DNA of 64,000 nt from the NCBI GenBank assembly GCA_964016885.1, contig OZ024746.1, forward strand, positions 29,574,001 through 29,638,000. Direction: 5' to 3'. The notes beneath the pieces are model-generated. The model saw nothing but the letters and a program-made list of their open reading frames with translations. It had not been told where the DNA came from and did no database searches. Position numbers and translations under genes: made by a program. The number at the start of each line of letters is the position of its first letter. Position 1 is the first letter of the stretch. Origin of the DNA: Eledone cirrhosa. Its lineage: Eukaryota. Of this stretch, positions 58,892 through 64,000 are shown in pieces.

Positions 58892-58975
58892 GGGTATCAA
58901 AAAATAAATATGGTATTTATAGGTCTCTTCGGGTGGTAGGAGAGGGTAGGGAGTGGGATGGGTGTAGGTCATTGG
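58887..58975 (-). promoter_or_regulatory. Putative Pol II promoter (CCAAT, TATAAATA, Inr) of family M
   Basis: CCAAT 58975-58971, TATAAATA 58921-58914, Inr-like CCAGATT with A at 58891, 30 nt from TATA. Confidence 0.5.
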
Positions 58976-59064
58976 TTGATAGAAAAGGGAATTCATTAAA
59001 AGCTAATTCTTTAAAGCTATAATTTATATTTAGAGTAACAAAGGCAGAAAGAATTCTATAAACA

Positions 59065-59115
59065 AGATTCCTGATGATTTCTAAAGAATGAAACAGTTCT
59101 ACTCCTGTAGAATCT
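59065..59115 (+). ncRNA. Type I HHR, family M (5' inverted piece)
   Basis: agattc CTGATGA tttctaaagaat GAAA cag..ctg TA gaatct. Confidence 0.75.
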
Positions 59116-59145
59116 CATCTATATTAAAACTATATATTTTTTTAA

Positions 59146-59664
59146 TTTATTTTGAAACTTTTTCTTATTTGCTAAACCTTGATTATATATATTCTGGCTC
59201 GTTAATTTATTAACCTGCCATTGAACCACATTGGCATTTGGTTGGACAATGCATGTGTCCCTTAGCGCCTTGTGCGTGTAGGAACACATATTCTATTATT
59301 ACTATACTCCTCTTGGTTGAGACAAAATTTGGTCGTTCTGACTGCTGCTAGTTATAGAGGTAGCCGACTGACCTCCCTGCCTCTGCCTCTATCTTTACAC
59401 TCGGCCCTTGAAAAAATTGATTCCACTTCATTTACTCTCATCTCGGGAACAATTTTGAAAAGCGCCAGTTCGTAATTTGAATTTGAGAATTTTATATTCT
59501 TCGAATGAAAAGATCCTTCTGACGAGAATCTTTCTTTGCAACGAAGGCCGTATGGACTCCGTTTATTTTTGAGATTCGAAACCGATTCGGTAAAGGTAAC
59601 TATAGTAAGTAAAGTTAATTTTTTAGAATTTATTTTGAAACTTTTTCTTATTTGCTAAACCTTG

Positions 59665-59670
<6 letters not shown>
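59146..59670 (+). mobile_element. 483-bp HHR-containing monomer with ~45-bp terminal redundancy (retrozyme-like)
   Basis: tttattttgaaactttttcttatttgctaaaccttgattata at 59146 and 59629; no ORF; flanked by AT tracts. Confidence 0.7.
59515..59596 (+). ncRNA. Type I HHR
   Basis: cctt CTGACGA gaatct..agattc GAAA ccg-att-cgg TA aagg; canonical G10.1-C11.1; GUA site. Confidence 0.85.
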
Positions 59671-59728
<58 letters not shown>

Positions 59729-59795
59729 TAGATAGATATATATATAATATTTAAAAACGTAAACTACACTATATGTATATATATATCTCTATCTA

Positions 59796-59881
<86 letters not shown>

Positions 59882-60562
59882 TATATATATATATATATAT
59901 ATATCTATCTATATATCTATCTATCTATATATCTATATATATATATATATATATATATAGCTATATATATATACAGTATATATATAGATATAGATATATC
60001 TTTAAATATTATTACTACCCAATTCTTTGTTTAAAGGCATGCTAATGAACAAATATAAGCTAAAGCAAAGGTTCTCAAAGAGGGGGGGGGGGCATGTGCA
60101 CTCCCAGGGGGCGTTTTGGAACTCCAGGGGGCGCATTTGGGAGCAAGGGGTCATTAAGGGGAAATTTGGAGCTTTGGAGGGCACTGGAAGGCTCTTTATT
60201 TTGGTAAGTTTTATAAGCCATATTTGTATGTCTTTGAGACAGCCAGTGTGAATGCTTTTGAATGAGCATGCAGACAGCATAACTATAGTCTGGCCGCAGC
60301 TGTGAGCAGGTGTGCATCCGTGTTTAGACATTACCCGGCAATTGAGATCCTAACATTGGAAAAACCCACAGTCAACTGGGTCAAGGACACTTCAAGCGTA
60401 GCCAATTAGAATCTTGTCTTTCCTTCACCGATAACAATGTATTTCATGTCTGAAATTATTGACTCAACTGTAACGAGTTAACACTATGTAGATGTATTTT
60501 ATTTCCTATTGTATAAATAATATTACAAATAAAAAAATCAAAAAAATCCCAGAAGCGGGTAG

Positions 60563-61030
60563 CACACACATCTAGGACCACATACAACACATAATCAGAT
60601 AATACACACATCTAGGACCACGTACAACACATAATCAGATAATACACACATCTAGGACCACATACACACATAAGCAGGTAATACACACATATAGGACCAC
60701 ATACAACACATAAGCAGGTAATACACACATCTAGGACCACATGCAACACATAAGGAGCTAGCACACACATCTAAGACCACATGCAACACACAGGCAAGTA
60801 ATACATACATTTAGGACCACATACAACACAAGCAGGTAATACAAACATCTAGGACCACATACAACACATAATCAGGTAATACAAACATCTAGAACCACAT
60901 ACAACACATAATCAGGTAATACATACATCTAGGATCACATGCAATACATAGCAGGTAATACATACATCTAGGACTACCTACAACACACAGGCAGGTAATA
61001 CATACATCTAGGACCAAATACAACACACAA
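60563..61030. repeat. 40-bp minisatellite, ~12 units, inside the hAT element
   Basis: acacacatctaggaccacatacaacacataatcagataat; tctagg at 60571, 60611, 60651. Confidence 0.92.
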
Positions 61031-61031
61031 T

Positions 61032-62092
61032 GTATCATGTGCTACGGACGACGCAAGAGCAATGGTCGGCCAACATAAGGGTTTCGTCACTCTTCTGAAG
61101 AGAGAAAATCTATCTGTATTTGTTGTTCATTGTGTCATTCATCGACAACACTTGACTGTGAAGAAACTAAGCAAGCCACTGAGCAAGTCCTTGCAGGTGG
61201 CCTCTAATGTCATCAATTTTATCAAACGGCATTCCCTCAATGAACGAATTTTCCGGCAACTGTGCCAAGATAATGACGAAGAATTTGTCAAGTTGCTCCT
61301 TCATAATGAAGTGAGGTGGCTTTCAAAGGGCAAGTGCCTTACTCACTTCGTTGAACTGTTCGACTCTATTATTGAGTTTCTGCAAAGACGCAACACAGAA
61401 CTGTACAAGAAAACCCTCGATATGAGGCAAAACTGCGCCTACCTCACTGACATCGTTGACAAATGCATTAGCGTCATTTTAGCTTTGCAGAGGAAGAAGA
61501 TCACCTTGCTTAAACAAGGAATGCTGTGAAAACATTCCTGGCCAAATTGAATGTCATCGAAAGGAATCTTTGTTGACGGGAATTCTATAATTTTCCTAGT
61601 GTCGCCAATGTTCAAAACATTGTAAGCGATGACCAACTCCAAATGTATACCGCTCACCTCTGTGCGCTACAAGACAACATGAGAGAACAGTTTGTCGACC
61701 TTTTGCTGATGGACATCCCAATGTAGGTAGCAGATCCCTTCATAGCTAACATCGATGATTTGGACGCTATATTTCAGGAAGAATTCATTGAACTTCAAGC
61801 AGATGACATGATCAAAATTAGATTTCCCAAAATAGGTGAACCCCTTTTTTGGATGCAAGGGGAAATTCAGCGTCGATTTCCACACCTACATGCAGAGGCT
61901 AAGAGATTTGCTCTGCCTTTTCCAAGCTCATACTTAGTCAAGAGGAGGTTTCGTGCTGTTTCCAGACTGCACAGTAAGGCTCGCAACCGCTACAATGTAA
62001 TTACATGTGGAGATCTCCGGCTACATCTTACGAAAATCAAGCCTGACGTCAAAGAGTTAGCTAGACTCCATGAAGTTCAAGGGTCCCATTGA
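61032..62092 (+). pseudogene. hAT transposase C-terminal part (ZBED8/SCAND3-like family)
   Basis: CATDDARAMVG..HCVIHRQHL..LLLHNEVRWLSKG..LPFPSSYLV..GDLRLHLTKIKP..QGSH*; frameshift and stops. Confidence 0.9.
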
Positions 62093-63497
62093 AATGAGGT
62101 CAAAGTTAAAGTAAGTTGATTTATCCGAAAACTTAGATATGCTATTGTTACAAAGAAAACTAACAATATTTTTTATTTGTAGTTGCAGTCTGACTGGACT
62201 GGAAACCATCTACTACAATTCACTTACTCATTTGTTGTATATATTTTACCATTTACTAATAAATATACCCTCCCGCGTGGTCATGAAAACCCTCTTCCGT
62301 GGTCTCTAAGCTCACAAAGCAGAGGGGACATCAAGTTAGATATCAACATTTATTCTGTCCATTTCATTAAAGGGAAAATTGGAAAGCTTTGAAATGATAT
62401 AATTGCCACTTTCTTCCAGATAAGAGCACTCTTTGGATAGAGTTGCTCTTGTATAAAGGTTCAAAATAGCTGGTATCGCCTGGTGGGCATATAACAAATT
62501 CATCTGGTCCTTATTCATAAAAAGGAACATTTATGTTCCTTTTTTGAAATTTATATATTTCCTTTCAAGGAATGTATTTATACTCTCAGCTGCCTGCAAT
62601 GGTATCTTTGGAATATTGTTAATCAATTTTTTAGTAATCTACAGATATCAAAATCAGTAGTATATTGAAAAATGGAAAAATAGGGTAGGGGCATTTCGTG
62701 ATTTCGAGGGACAAAAGGGGGCGTTTGGCCTAAATAGGTTGAGAGCCTGTGATCTAAAGCATTCATTTCACACTGAAGGTCATAAAATCTCTGCAAACCT
62801 TCAATAGCAATTCCTCTTTAACCACAGACATGATTGCATCATAACGGATGAGGACCACGTTTTAAAGCCAATAACTAATTCAGATTTCGAAGTTTCCATA
62901 TTTTAAAAGAACGTATTATTAAATCGAAAATGGAATAGATATTACATATCTGGAATACAACGTTCATTCCATCCATTATAGTCTCTGATGGAGACGTTGT
63001 GACGCCGCCATGACATACAACATGTCTTGGGAATTTATGCATAATGAAATCATTCATTATGGCAGGTTTAAACACAGCCGATATTTTCTAGAGAAAGTGA
63101 GAAAATAATAAAGGAAGAATCGACTCCTATACTGGACAGTTACTCGAATGGAGGAAAGAAAAACTTGATATTGGCGAGATTTGAACTCAGAATTAAGAGA
63201 CCCAGCATAAAGAATGCAATATATTCTATTGGACGTTTTAACAAATTTGGCGTCCCACAGAATTCAACACACACAACAGACTACTTACTGTTGCAGTGTC
63301 AAATCTACGGATTGTTAATACAAATGTTTATGGTTTCTTTACTAGGAAACATATCATTGTCAACATTTGATGCATTAGAATAAAGATTTTATTTTAATGT
63401 GTTATAGTTTGTTAAAAATGCCTTGCTAATATAGTTTGTTAATTCCAATGTTTAGGATATAATTACAAGTGAACAGATCGTTGAAGAATTTTTCCGT

Positions 63498-63638
63498 ATT
63501 ACGACCCTTGCCATTCTGAGTTCAAATCCCGCCGAGGTTAACTTTGCCTTTTATCCTTATAGCGTCGATAAAATAAAGTACCAGTAATACACTGGGTAAT
63601 TGCTGGCCTTGTGCCAAAAGTAGAAACAATTATTATTA
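63498..63638 (+). mobile_element. SINE family A, 5' diverged
   Basis: ctgagttcaaatcccgccgagg..aagtagaaacaattatt. Confidence 0.85.
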
Positions 63639-64000
63639 ATGTGATATAATCCTAGTACTTTCGACATTTCAACATTGTTTTCCTCGTGTGGTTTTATGAG
63701 ATTTATCAATTCAAATTTATGTAGTGGCTTAACTGCTCGACAAATCTTAATATCAGAGTAAACACTGTAATATTGACCTTATGCAGTCAATATTGCTGTG
63801 TAATTTTCAAAAGAGTGTTGCGATTGTAAATTGATGTGATGCAGACCGTTAAGTGGTAAACGCATCGATGTCACATATTTCCTTTCCTTTTGTTATCGGT
63901 GTTGTGTCTGAAATTTCAGAAGGTCTCGTCGTAAGATTCAGTCAATGCATAGGTACAAGGACATTTCTTTTTAAAGACCTTCTCATCGCACACCCATCAA

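Larger units (their letters stand above)
58410..58928. repeat. ~220-bp inverted repeat centred on (AT)n, family M
   Basis: 58410-58627 vs 58706-58928. Confidence 0.92.
60066..62751 (+). mobile_element. hAT (Buster/Charlie-type) DNA transposon, defective
   Basis: TIRs caaaggttctcaa / ttgagagcctgtg; 8-bp TSD agcTAaag / atcTAaag. Confidence 0.9.

Noticed and set aside
60563-61030. CRISPR-like array
   Set aside because: No unique spacers, no cas genes, eukaryotic context; plain minisatellite
62336-62530. ICPPGDTSYFEPL on minus strand, like the pogo PPxxTSxxQPLD motif
   Set aside because: Catalytic Asp absent and no flanking homology seen

Overview
AT-rich, microsatellite-saturated animal genomic DNA. 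It is intronic or intergenic, most likely from an octopod cephalopod (inferred from the SINE families and repeat landscape; not verified). No intact protein-coding gene is supported, and almost all listed ORFs are translations of (AT)n/(AC)n/(CT)n tracts. The window holds decayed transposons: a 5'-truncated Penelope-like element (RT C-terminus + GIY-YIG), an internally deleted Tx1/L1-clade LINE, several RTE fragments (one with three C-terminal C2H2 fingers), a Buster-type hAT element with TIRs, TSD and an internal 40-bp minisatellite, mariner fragments, MITEs and many tRNA-derived SINEs. The main signal not shown by the ORF track is about 20 type I hammerhead ribozyme (HHR) motifs from roughly ten sequence families, read by eye on both strands. 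Six families share a C-C mismatch at the 4th position of stem II, and most have palindromic stem III. Many sit in inverted sense/antisense pairs. Two lie in terminally redundant 466- and 483-bp monomers resembling retrozymes (circular-RNA retroelements). One family has CCAAT/TATA/Inr motifs that would start transcription at the first base of the ribozyme. Two weak minus-strand exon candidates may belong to a host gene. All folds and alignments were done manually; no computation or database search was run.
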